Assembly (NCBI GenBank): GCA_017437265.1
Contig: JAFSBN010000169.1
Location: 1-48,230 of the forward strand
Source: Clostridia bacterium
Lineage (GTDB): Bacteria; Bacillota; Clostridia; Christensenellales; Aristaeellaceae
DNA: 48,230 bases
Direction of reading: 5' to 3'
Made by a program: the position numbers and the translations under genes. Numbering within the stretch: position 1 is the first letter of the stretch; every line of letters starts with the position of its first letter. Positions 1-7,615 of the stretch are shown here, one piece after another. Under the pieces are notes generated by a model. The model ran no database searches, was not told where the DNA came from, and was given only the letters and a program-made list of their open reading frames with translations.

Positions 1-873
1 ATCGAGGAGAACATTCCTCTGGGCCCCCTGCACAACCCCGCCAACCTGCAGGGCATTCTGGCCTGCGAACAGGTTATGCCCAACACCCCCAATGTGGCTG
101 TGTTCGACACCGCTTTCCACCAGACCATGCCCGCCAAGGCATATATGTACGGCATTCCCACCGAGTACTATGAGAAGTACCAGATCCGCCGCTACGGCTT
201 CCACGGCACTTCTCACCGCTTTGTGAGCAAGCGTACCGCCGAATTCCTGGGCAAGAAGCCGGAAGATCTCCGCATCATCACTGCGCATCTGGGCAACGGC
301 TCCTCTCTGGCCGCTGTGGAATACGGCAAGTGCGTGGATACCTCCATGGGCCTCACGCCTCTGGAAGGCGTGCTGATGGGCACCCGCTCCGGTAACCTGG
401 ACCCCGCCGTGGTGGAATTTGTGTGCGACAAGGAAAAGCTGACCGTGAACGAAATGCTGAACCTGTGCAATAAAAAGAGCGGCTTGCTTGGCATCAGCGG
501 CATCTCCAACGACATGCGCGATGTGGATAACGCCGCCAAGGATGGCCATCCCCGTGCTCAGCTGGCCCGGGATATGCTGGTTTACGGCATCCGCAAGTAC
601 ATCGGCTCCTACGCTGCTGCCATGAACGGTGTGGACGTGATCGTGTTCACCGCCGGTATCGGTGAAAACAACTATGGCCTGCGTGAAGACATCATGGCCG
701 GTTTCGAATACATGGGCGCCAAGCTGGATAAGGAAAAGAACGCTGCTCTGGCCTGGCCCAATGTGCATGAAGCCGTTATCTCCGCCGATGACAGCAAGGT
801 GCTCATCTGCGTGATCCCCACCAACGAAGAAATCGCCATTGCCCGGGATACCCTGGAACTGGTGAGCAAGTAA
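1..873 (+). CDS. ackA: Acetate kinase, C-terminal ~290 aa (5' end cut by window edge)
   Basis: The frame is open from base 1 and the track ORF 76..873 continues it. Motifs PLHNPANL, AFHQTMP, YGFHGTSH and IPTNEE are typical of AckA. Stop TAA at 871-873. Confidence 0.95.
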   Translation: MEENIPLGPLHNPANLQGILACEQVMPNTPNVAVFDTAFHQTMPAKAYMYGIPTEYYEKYQIRRYGFHGTSHRFVSKRTAEFLGKKPEDLRIITAHLGNGSSLAAVEYGKCVDTSMGLTPLEGVLMGTRSGNLDPAVVEFVCDKEKLTVNEMLNLCNKKSGLLGISGISNDMRDVDNAAKDGHPRAQLARDMLVYGIRKYIGSYAAAMNGVDVIVFTAGIGENNYGLREDIMAGFEYMGAKLDKEKNAALAWPNVHEAVISADDSKVLICVIPTNEEIAIARDTLELVSK

Positions 874-888
874 TTTTCTCATATTCAG

Positions 889-927
889 AAAGCATCTGTT
901 TTCTACGGAAAGCAGGTGCTTTTTTTC
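889..927 (+). terminator. Intrinsic terminator after ackA
   Basis: AGCATCTG (891-898) pairs with CAGGTGCT (913-920, one G-U pair), followed by TTTTTTT. Confidence 0.6.
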
Positions 928-1001
928 TGTGAAGGTATGGAAAACGATGGGTATATATGATAGAATATGATCAATGCATGAAAACAAAGGAGAAATGTGC
1001 C

Positions 1002-2408
1002 ATGAAAAAGCTTCACATGGGCCCTGCCCATTGCGCATTGGATTTGGGCGACGGCAGCGAACGTGCCGAATACGTCAATCAGGATTATATCCTGCATAAG
1101 ATGGGCCGGCCCCACCGTGCCGTGAATATTATGTACACTTACTATCCCCATGACAAGGAATGGCCTGCCCGTATTTCCGAAGCATGGAAGGACAAGAACG
1201 TCACCTTCCAGTGGGATTATCCCTATGATGATTATTTCCCCTACAATGTGAACGGTCAGCCCTTTGAACAGATGAAGGACATCCGTCGTCACGGTCAGGA
1301 AGTGCTTCTGACCCTGACTCTGGACTGCGGCTGCACCGATGAAGAACTGAAAGAAATCGCCCTGCAGCTCAAGCCCTTTGGCCGGATGTGGATCCGCATC
1401 AATCATGAATGCTGCGGCACTTGGTTCCAGCACAACAAGCGCTACACCTACCCCGAAGTGGGTGCGTTTTTCAACCGTTTTGCCGGCATCATCAAGGAAT
1501 ATGCTCCCAATGTCAGCGTGATTTTCTGCGGCGGCTGGGGCATGCCCGACGGCCATGTGGAACAGGAAGAAGCGTTCAAGGATTGCTACAAAGTGGCCGA
1601 TGCATGGAGCTGCGACGGGTATCTGGCGCTGCACTACGGCTGGCCTTATGATATTGCAGAAGTGGGCGGCGGCCGCTACAAGGGCGGCTGCGTGGCGGAC
1701 ATGGTGCAGCAGTTTGAACGAACCTACAAGCGTGCCTGTGAGTTGGCAGGAGAACACCGGCCCATGATCACCGCAGAATTCAATACCGACGGCGACGTGA
1801 CCGGCCCCCGGCTGCAGGGTGAATCCATTGTGCGCTTTGCTCATCACTGGCGGGACAACAAGGTGGAATGGTTCCGCGCCATCAGCCTTTATCAGTTCCG
1901 TGACCGGGGCAGGCTGGGTCTTGAAATTGAAGACCCCAACAATAAGGGCGTGGGCATTGAGCAGCCCATGCTGGCAGAGTACCGGGACAAGGTGCTCCAC
2001 GATGATTGGTTCATGCCGCAGATGACCGAAGGGGAAGAAGCTTCCGTCCCGGCACAGCTGCGCTGGGGCGGCAGTGAAGATGCTGACGGCCTGGCCATGG
2101 AAATTGAGTTTGAGGGCAATCCGGAATTCTGCGAAATGACCGTGGAACAGAAAATCGGCCTGATGGTGGAGCTGAACGGCCGCTGGTTCTACAAAGCCCC
2201 CGGTACCAAAACCATCGATTTGATGAGCGCTTTCTTTGATAAGCCTCTGTCCGGCCCCTGCAAAATGACCATGAAGATTTTTGCACCGCCGGCTGACGGC
2301 GTGAACGTGGACGACGGCAGCGCCGACTGGACGGAAAACTATCGCACCGTGCTGGAGGAAGCGCCTAAGATGCGCATCCGCTACGAACTGCCCGGCAGCG
2401 TGACCTGA
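1002..2408 (+). CDS. Hypothetical cytoplasmic protein, possibly a clan GH-A-like (beta/alpha)8 glycoside hydrolase with a C-terminal beta-rich domain
   Basis: ORF 957..2408. ATG 1002 has AAGGAG 9 nt upstream. WIRINHECCGTWF resembles the acid/base NE(H) motif of GH26/GH5-type barrels, and ITAEFN is a possible nucleophile strand. No signal peptide. The function call is weak. Confidence 0.55.
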   Translation: MKKLHMGPAHCALDLGDGSERAEYVNQDYILHKMGRPHRAVNIMYTYYPHDKEWPARISEAWKDKNVTFQWDYPYDDYFPYNVNGQPFEQMKDIRRHGQEVLLTLTLDCGCTDEELKEIALQLKPFGRMWIRINHECCGTWFQHNKRYTYPEVGAFFNRFAGIIKEYAPNVSVIFCGGWGMPDGHVEQEEAFKDCYKVADAWSCDGYLALHYGWPYDIAEVGGGRYKGGCVADMVQQFERTYKRACELAGEHRPMITAEFNTDGDVTGPRLQGESIVRFAHHWRDNKVEWFRAISLYQFRDRGRLGLEIEDPNNKGVGIEQPMLAEYRDKVLHDDWFMPQMTEGEEASVPAQLRWGGSEDADGLAMEIEFEGNPEFCEMTVEQKIGLMVELNGRWFYKAPGTKTIDLMSAFFDKPLSGPCKMTMKIFAPPADGVNVDDGSADWTENYRTVLEEAPKMRIRYELPGSVT

Positions 2409-2414
2409 ACGAGG

Positions 2415-2827
2415 CAGGGGGCTTACGCAGCCCCCTGTACCCCCGGCAGCAGGGCCATTGGCCCTGCACCCGTTCTGCGATACAGAAAACTGATTAAACA
2501 AACTTTTTTCCGCATGTTACTTGAGGAAACGGAAAGAGAGCCCACGGGCGCAATGAAAACAAAGAAAAAGCCGGAGGAAAGTGTACTTTCCTGCCGGTCT
2601 TTTTCTATTGTTTTCCCCGGATGCATAGCATCCGGTTGGCGGTGTTTCACCGCCCAGCCCGTGGCATCAGTGCCGCAGCCAACCGAAAATGTTGGGCCTC
2701 TCTTTTGCAAGCCTGTTGCTGACGGATACTTGCAACAGCGGGCAATTGCTTGTTGGTCACGCCAACTACTTTCGCTATTGGGTCCAGGGATGAAATCCCT
2801 GGTGGGGTGCAGGGGCGAAGCCCTGCA
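2415..2827. repeat. Copy A of a ~413-nt structured intergenic element (unclassified ncRNA or MITE-like)
   Basis: Aligns block-wise with 27770-28181 in the same orientation. Shared hairpins, a 30-nt identical block (2780-2809), compensatory helix changes, and no shared ORF. Confidence 0.8.
2557..2616. terminator. Bidirectional terminator-like hairpin embedded in repeat copy A
   Basis: CCGGAGGAAAG(2571-2581)/CTTTCCTGCCGG(2586-2597), with an A-rich 5' flank (AAAACAAAGAAAAAG) and a T-rich 3' flank (TCTTTTTCTATTGTTTTCC). Confidence 0.5.
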
Positions 2828-2833
2828 TAGGGT

Positions 2834-3232
2834 TTACAATTCAATAATGGAAAGGCCCTGTTCCATGGCGTCTTTTACTTTCAGCAGAGCCTGCACAGCT
2901 TCTTCCTTGGTTTTGTAGGCGCACAGGTTGTTCCAGCTGCTGATGCGGGTTTGCACCTGTAAGGTGGTGCCGTCGATACGCAGGCCGCCGTAGCAGGGAT
3001 ACAGCCTGGTTTTGTCCGGGCTGAGCACTTTGGTGCGCTGCCGGGGCTGAATGACCGTGCCGTCCTTGAGAACAAACTGATGGCTGTGCAGCACCTCTTC
3101 CATGCCTTCGGCGAAAAAATCGCTGATGGAATCGCTGACCAATTCCTGCAGCTTGTCTTCCATTTCTTCCCGAATAACTTCCAGGGCATCTTCCAGCATG
3201 GCTTGCAGATCATCCATCATTTCGTTATCCAT
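2834..3232 (-). CDS. Hypothetical protein with a very acidic helical N-terminus, co-transcribed downstream of punA
   Basis: 132-aa ORF with AAGGGAG upstream of the ATG. Lies 12 nt after punA. No motif recognised. Confidence 0.65.
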   Translation of the reverse strand: MDNEMMDDLQAMLEDALEVIREEMEDKLQELVSDSISDFFAEGMEEVLHSHQFVLKDGTVIQPRQRTKVLSPDKTRLYPCYGGLRIDGTTLQVQTRISSWNNLCAYKTKEEAVQALLKVKDAMEQGLSIIEL

Positions 3233-3244
3233 ACTCGTTCTCCC

Positions 3245-4060
3245 TTACATCCTTTCGATCACAGCGGTGACGAGGGCGGCAAAGCTGTCCCGGGCCTTCA
3301 GGCCCATTTCCATCACTTCCTGATGGTTGATGGGCTGATCCAGTACGCCGGCGGCCATATTGGTAAGGCAGGAAATACCCAGCACTTTGATGCCGGAATG
3401 GTTGGCCACGATGGTTTCGGGCACGGTGCTCATACCCACGGCATCGCCGCCCAGCGTGCGCACCATGCGGATTTCCGCCGGAGTTTCGTAGCAAGGGCCG
3501 CTCATCCAGGTGTAAACGCCCTGCTGGAGCTTGAGCCCCATGTCCTGCGCACAGTCAAGGGCCGTCTTCCGCAGATCCTTGTCAAAGGCATTGCTCATAT
3601 CGGGGAAGCGGGGGCCAAATTCGGAAAGATTTTTGCCGATGAGGGGGTTCATGCCGGAGAGGTTAATGAAATCGGTGATGAGCATCAGGTCACCGGGATA
3701 GAAAGCGGTGTTCACAGCGCCGGCAGCATTGGTGACGATCAGCTTCTTCACTCCCAGCTTTGCCATCACCCGGACAGGCAGGGTCACGTCCTCCATGGGG
3801 TGGCCTTCGTAGGCATGGAAGCGGCCGCTCATCACCAGAATGCGCTTGCCGCCCTTGATGCCGGTGGACAGCACGCCGGCATGGCCCTGCACGGAAACGG
3901 AGGGGAAGCCGGGAATTTCGGAGTAAGGGATGGACTTTGCGTCGGAAAGGGTATTGCCAAAGTCGCCCAGACCGCTGCCCAGGATGATGGCGATTTCCGC
4001 CGTGCCGATTTTTTCTTCAATGGCTTTTGCGGCCAGATTGATGCGTTCCATGTAATCCAT
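3245..4060 (-). CDS. punA: Purine nucleoside phosphorylase (trimeric PNP family, PunA/PupG type)
   Basis: Motifs ILGSGLG, VEGHAG-like SVQGHAG, SGRFHAYEGH, VTNAAG and VGMSTVPE. Same drm-punA order as B. subtilis. Confidence 0.9.
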   Translation of the reverse strand: MDYMERINLAAKAIEEKIGTAEIAIILGSGLGDFGNTLSDAKSIPYSEIPGFPSVSVQGHAGVLSTGIKGGKRILVMSGRFHAYEGHPMEDVTLPVRVMAKLGVKKLIVTNAAGAVNTAFYPGDLMLITDFINLSGMNPLIGKNLSEFGPRFPDMSNAFDKDLRKTALDCAQDMGLKLQQGVYTWMSGPCYETPAEIRMVRTLGGDAVGMSTVPETIVANHSGIKVLGISCLTNMAAGVLDQPINHQEVMEMGLKARDSFAALVTAVIERM

Positions 4061-4063
4061 TGT

Positions 4064-5230
4064 TCAGCCCTCCATCTCTTTTGCAAAGGATACAGCGGGG
4101 AAGGAGGCCTTTGCCCCCAGGTAATCGCAGATGGTTTGTGCAATATCGGCAAAGGAAGTGCGGGTGCCGATGTCACAAAGGCCCTTCATGCCCTTTTTCC
4201 AGCAGAGGATGGGGATATATTCCCGGGTATGGTCGGTGCCGCGGTGGGCAGGGTCGCAGCCGTGATCGGCGGTGATGATGAGAAGATCCTCTTCTCCCAT
4301 CCGGGCGGTGAATTCGGGAATGCGGCTGTCAAAGTATTCCAACGCCTTGCCGTAGCCCTGCACATCCCTTCTGTGGCCAAAGAGCGTATCAAAATCTACA
4401 AGATTGACAAAGAGCAGGCCGTTGAAATCGGTTCTGAGGTATTCCAGCGCCGCATCGATGCAGGCGGGATTGCCGGATGCATGGTTGCTGCCGGTAATGC
4501 CCCGCATGGCGAAAATATCTTCGATTTTGCCCACGGCCAGGGTGTCATAGCCTTGTTCCTTCAGCACGTCCAGCATGGTAGGGGCAATGGGTTCCATGGA
4601 GAAATCCCGGCGGTTGCCGGTACGGGTGAAGGCACCGGCCTTTTCGCCGATGAAGGGACGGGCGATGACCCGGCCCACACCGTGCTCGCCCTGCAGTTGT
4701 TTCCTTGCAATGCGGCACATGTCATACAGCTTTTCCGGGGGATAGAGCCTTTCATGGGCGGCAATCTGGAACACACTGTCGGCGGAGGTATAGACGATGG
4801 GATAGCCGGTACGCAGGTGTTCTTCTCCCAGTTCATCCAGAATGGCGGTGCCGCTGGCAGGCTTGTTGCCCAGCACTTTGGTGCCGATGGCCTGTTCAAA
4901 AGCGGCGATCACGTCCTCCGGAAAGCCGTCGGGGTAGACAGGGAAGGGCCGGTGCAGAATGATGCCGCTCATTTCCCAGTGACCGGTGGTGGTATCCTTG
5001 CCCATGGATTTTTCCATGGCACGGCCGAAAACACCCTTCGCCTTTTCTGATGCTTCCAGATGCAGGCCGGGCAGATGACCAAGGCCCATCTTCAGCATGT
5101 TGGGCACTTGCAGGGGCATGCTTTGGGCAATATGGCCGATGGTATTGGCGCCTTCATCCCCAAAGGATGCGGCATCGGGCAGGGCACCGACGCCGGCGCT
5201 GTCCAGTACGATCAGGGTTACTTTTTTCAT
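4064..5230 (-). CDS. deoB: Phosphopentomutase
   Basis: 388 aa. N-terminal LIVLDSAGVG, plus TADHGCDP and HTREYIP motifs typical of DeoB/Drm. Confidence 0.93.
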   Translation of the reverse strand: MKKVTLIVLDSAGVGALPDAASFGDEGANTIGHIAQSMPLQVPNMLKMGLGHLPGLHLEASEKAKGVFGRAMEKSMGKDTTTGHWEMSGIILHRPFPVYPDGFPEDVIAAFEQAIGTKVLGNKPASGTAILDELGEEHLRTGYPIVYTSADSVFQIAAHERLYPPEKLYDMCRIARKQLQGEHGVGRVIARPFIGEKAGAFTRTGNRRDFSMEPIAPTMLDVLKEQGYDTLAVGKIEDIFAMRGITGSNHASGNPACIDAALEYLRTDFNGLLFVNLVDFDTLFGHRRDVQGYGKALEYFDSRIPEFTARMGEEDLLIITADHGCDPAHRGTDHTREYIPILCWKKGMKGLCDIGTRTSFADIAQTICDYLGAKASFPAVSFAKEMEG

Positions 5231-5250
5231 AACAATACGCTCCTTTCGGG

Positions 5251-5799
5251 TTAAGGAACAAGGGGTTCTGTTTCTTCTGCCGGTTTATTGTCATCCGGCG
5301 GGGCGGGCAGATCATTCAGCGAAGAAAGGCCAAAGTGGGAGAGGAAAAAATCCGTGGTGCCGTACAGCATGGGGCGGCCCAGGGTTTCTTTTCGGCCCAC
5401 CACTTCGATCAGGTTTTTGTTCACCAGGGACTGTACCGAATAATCGCATTTCACGCCGCGGATGGCCTCGATTTCCAGCTTGGTAACCGGCTGGCGGTAG
5501 GCAATAACGGCCAGGGTTTCCATGGCGGACTGAGAAAGGCTTTGCTTCTGGATGGGCTGCAGAAGCCTTTCCACATAGGGGGCGTAATCCGCCCGGGTGG
5601 ACAATTGGATGTGGTTGCCAAAACGCTTCAGGCAAATGCCCCGGCGGTGGTAGGAATAATCGCTGTCCAGCGCATCAATGGCCTGCCAGGTTTCGTCTTC
5701 CGTCACTTCCAGGGCCCGCTGCAGTTCATGCACCTCCACCGGCTCCCCGGCAACAAACAGGATGGCCTCAATCACATGGGCCAATTCATTCATATCCAT
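5251..5799 (-). CDS. scpB: Segregation and condensation protein B
   Basis: IEAILFVAGEPV start, YRQPVTK..IEAIRGV winged-helix motifs. Overlaps the scpA stop. Confidence 0.9.
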   Translation of the reverse strand: MDMNELAHVIEAILFVAGEPVEVHELQRALEVTEDETWQAIDALDSDYSYHRRGICLKRFGNHIQLSTRADYAPYVERLLQPIQKQSLSQSAMETLAVIAYRQPVTKLEIEAIRGVKCDYSVQSLVNKNLIEVVGRKETLGRPMLYGTTDFFLSHFGLSSLNDLPAPPDDNKPAEETEPLVP

Positions 5800-6550
5800 C
5801 GATTTTCATGTCTCCTTCCCCGGGGTGTTCCGGTTGTCTGGGCTCCAGCAGGATATCACCGAAAACGCCGTCCTGCACTACGCCGGCCCGGCCCAGACGC
5901 AAAAGCTCCAGCACGGCCAGAAACAGCGTTACCACTTCGTCACGGGAGGGATGTTCGCTGAAGAGTTTATCAAAGTGCACCGGGCCTTTTTTCAGATGCT
6001 TCAGAATGTGGGCCGTGCACCGGGGCACGGTGTATTCATCCCGGATGATACGCCGGGCTGTCTGCACCGGCTCTTCTTCCGTGTCCTCCTGAATACGGGC
6101 CATCACCCTTGCAAAGGCGGCCAGCAGCCCGTCCATGGTGAGCCCGGTCAATTCCAGGGTGGGGGGCGGCAGGGGGTATTCCTCCGGCAGCTTCTGGTAC
6201 ATCAGCGCCGCTGCCTTTTCAAAGCCCTGCATGTCCTGAGAAATCTGCTTGAACCGCTGGTATTCTTCCAGCTGACGGATGAGGGCAGCTTCCGGATTTT
6301 CCTCTTCCGTCTCATCCTTGGGCTTTGGAAGCAGGGAACGGCTTTTGATTTCCAGCAGCGTGGCCGCCATGGCGATAAATGCACTGGCATCGTCCATATC
6401 CAAATCCGGCGCATCCTGTACGGACTGGATATACTGATCCGTTACCTGAGAGACGAAAATATCCTTGATATCAATTTTTGCCTTGCCAATCAGGAACAGC
6501 AGCATATCCAGCGGCCCTTCAAACTGATCCAGGCGTAATGTAATGGCCAT
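5786..6550 (-). CDS. scpA: Segregation and condensation protein A (kleisin)
   Basis: FEGPLDMLLFLI N-terminal kleisin motif, immediately upstream of scpB. Confidence 0.9.
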   Translation of the reverse strand: MAITLRLDQFEGPLDMLLFLIGKAKIDIKDIFVSQVTDQYIQSVQDAPDLDMDDASAFIAMAATLLEIKSRSLLPKPKDETEEENPEAALIRQLEEYQRFKQISQDMQGFEKAAALMYQKLPEEYPLPPPTLELTGLTMDGLLAAFARVMARIQEDTEEEPVQTARRIIRDEYTVPRCTAHILKHLKKGPVHFDKLFSEHPSRDEVVTLFLAVLELLRLGRAGVVQDGVFGDILLEPRQPEHPGEGDMKIDGYE

Positions 6551-7357
6551 TTACAGCCCTCCGATAATCCAAAGTAAGAACCAGATCACCTTGTCCTGCA
6601 CAAAGAACAAGGCGGTGGACAGCAGACCGTCCAGAAAGCTGGTGAATGCCAGCAACAGCATAAACACCAGGGTGATGCCCCGCACCGCTTTGGCCGGGAT
6701 GTGCAGTTTGCCCCGGAAGAGGATATCGTTGAAAAGGTGATACCCATCCAATGGGGGAATGGGCAAAAGGTTAAACAGCGCCAGGCTCATATTCACCATG
6801 GAAAACCGCATCAGAAACCGCTGCACATAAAGCAGCCATTCGTTCTGCAAAAAGGGCGTCAGGCCTATTTCCGCAAAGATGGACAGGTTGTGATCCTGCA
6901 TCAGAACAAGGGAATAGACGTCCTGGAAGGAAAGGAAGCTTTTGTTTGACAAAAAAGGAGCGGCGGTAAACAGTTCCGGCTTGAACAGGAACATTTGCAC
7001 GATCACCATCAGCACGCTGGAACAAAGGAACAGGAACAGGTTTACTGCAATACCGGCAAAGGACACCAGAATATCGTCCCGTTTGAAATTCTTGTAATTC
7101 CGGGGGTTCACCGGCACCGGTTTTGCCCAGCCGATGCCAAACAAAAACATGCACACGGTGCCGATAGGGTCCAGATGGTGCAGGGGATTGAGCGACAACC
7201 TGCCCAGCATCTGAGCGGTAGGGTCGCCGCATTTCATGGCCATATACCCATGGGCCACTTCGTGCAGCGTCAGTGCAATCAATACTGCGGGAATCTGATA
7301 TAAAAGCGTGATAATAGCATTGATATCGCCGCTTAACACATTGGATAGTATGCCCAA
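6551..7357 (-). CDS. Site-2 protease family (M50) membrane metalloprotease
   Basis: HEVAHG zinc motif, NLLPIPPLDG second motif, multiple hydrophobic segments. Confidence 0.85.
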   Translation of the reverse strand: MGILSNVLSGDINAIITLLYQIPAVLIALTLHEVAHGYMAMKCGDPTAQMLGRLSLNPLHHLDPIGTVCMFLFGIGWAKPVPVNPRNYKNFKRDDILVSFAGIAVNLFLFLCSSVLMVIVQMFLFKPELFTAAPFLSNKSFLSFQDVYSLVLMQDHNLSIFAEIGLTPFLQNEWLLYVQRFLMRFSMVNMSLALFNLLPIPPLDGYHLFNDILFRGKLHIPAKAVRGITLVFMLLLAFTSFLDGLLSTALFFVQDKVIWFLLWIIGGL

Positions 7358-7485
7358 TTGATACGGCCTCCTTTTGCTTCTTTACCATCCACATTATACT
7401 ATATCCGCATCAAAAACACAAGCAAGAAGCATGGGGGATGCATTATATAGAAAGAAGTATGAAAAATGTAGGAAATTCGACACAA

Positions 7486-7514
7486 TTGATGGTGCATATC
7501 CATTGATTTATACT
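7486..7514 (+). promoter_or_regulatory. Candidate sigma-A promoter for the giant TasA-like gene
   Basis: TTGATG (7486-7491), 17-nt spacer, TATACT (7509-7514). About 100 nt upstream of ATG 7616. Confidence 0.3.
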
Positions 7515-7615
7515 ACAAAATGTGGTATTCTTATCGTTGGATAAATTTGTAATTTGAAAGCGTGGAAAATAAAGCGTATATCCGCATGATTTCTTTGGAG
7601 GAGGCGTCATCCCCT

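Noticed and set aside
903-2501. Long antisense or alternative-frame ORFs in the track. Examples: 903..2501 minus, 3080..5050 plus, 7805..10156 minus, 10601..11707 minus, 12074..13588 minus, 13690..14931 plus, 15152..16780 plus.
   Set aside because: They lie opposite or out of frame to ORFs with clear family motifs. Their translations are low-complexity (Gly/Ala/His/Pro/Arg-rich), as expected for shadow ORFs in GC-rich coding DNA, and they lack RBSs.
2780-2809. The conserved hairpin CCAGGG-ATGAAAT-CCCTGG followed by GGGGTG as a tRNA-like T-arm and acceptor end.
   Set aside because: The loop lacks the T-loop consensus (TTCRAnn). There is no D-arm or anticodon arm and no CCA. The 5' partner CACCC is ~330 nt away.
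2514-2918. ORFs inside repeat copy A (2514..2918 plus, 2423..2710 minus, 2647..2844 minus) and copy B (27807..28025 plus, 28028..28249 minus) as possible small proteins or type I toxins.
   Set aside because: The reading frames are not conserved between the two copies. For example, the ATG in TTCCGCATGTTAC gives 134 codons in A but stops after 14 codons in B. The shared peptide fragment (TPPGISSLDP) is just the translated 30-nt conserved hairpin.
7400-7587. An 11-nt direct repeat TATATCCGCAT (7400-7410 and 7577-7587) flanking the giant gene's promoter region, plus a 10/11 inverted match at 37080-37090 overlapping the sigma-factor RBS, as a possible operator.
   Set aside because: 11-mer repeats are expected many times by chance in 48 kb. 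For example, ATCCGCATCAA also occurs inside the CDS near 1391. There is no dyad symmetry. This is not distinguishable from chance without comparative data.
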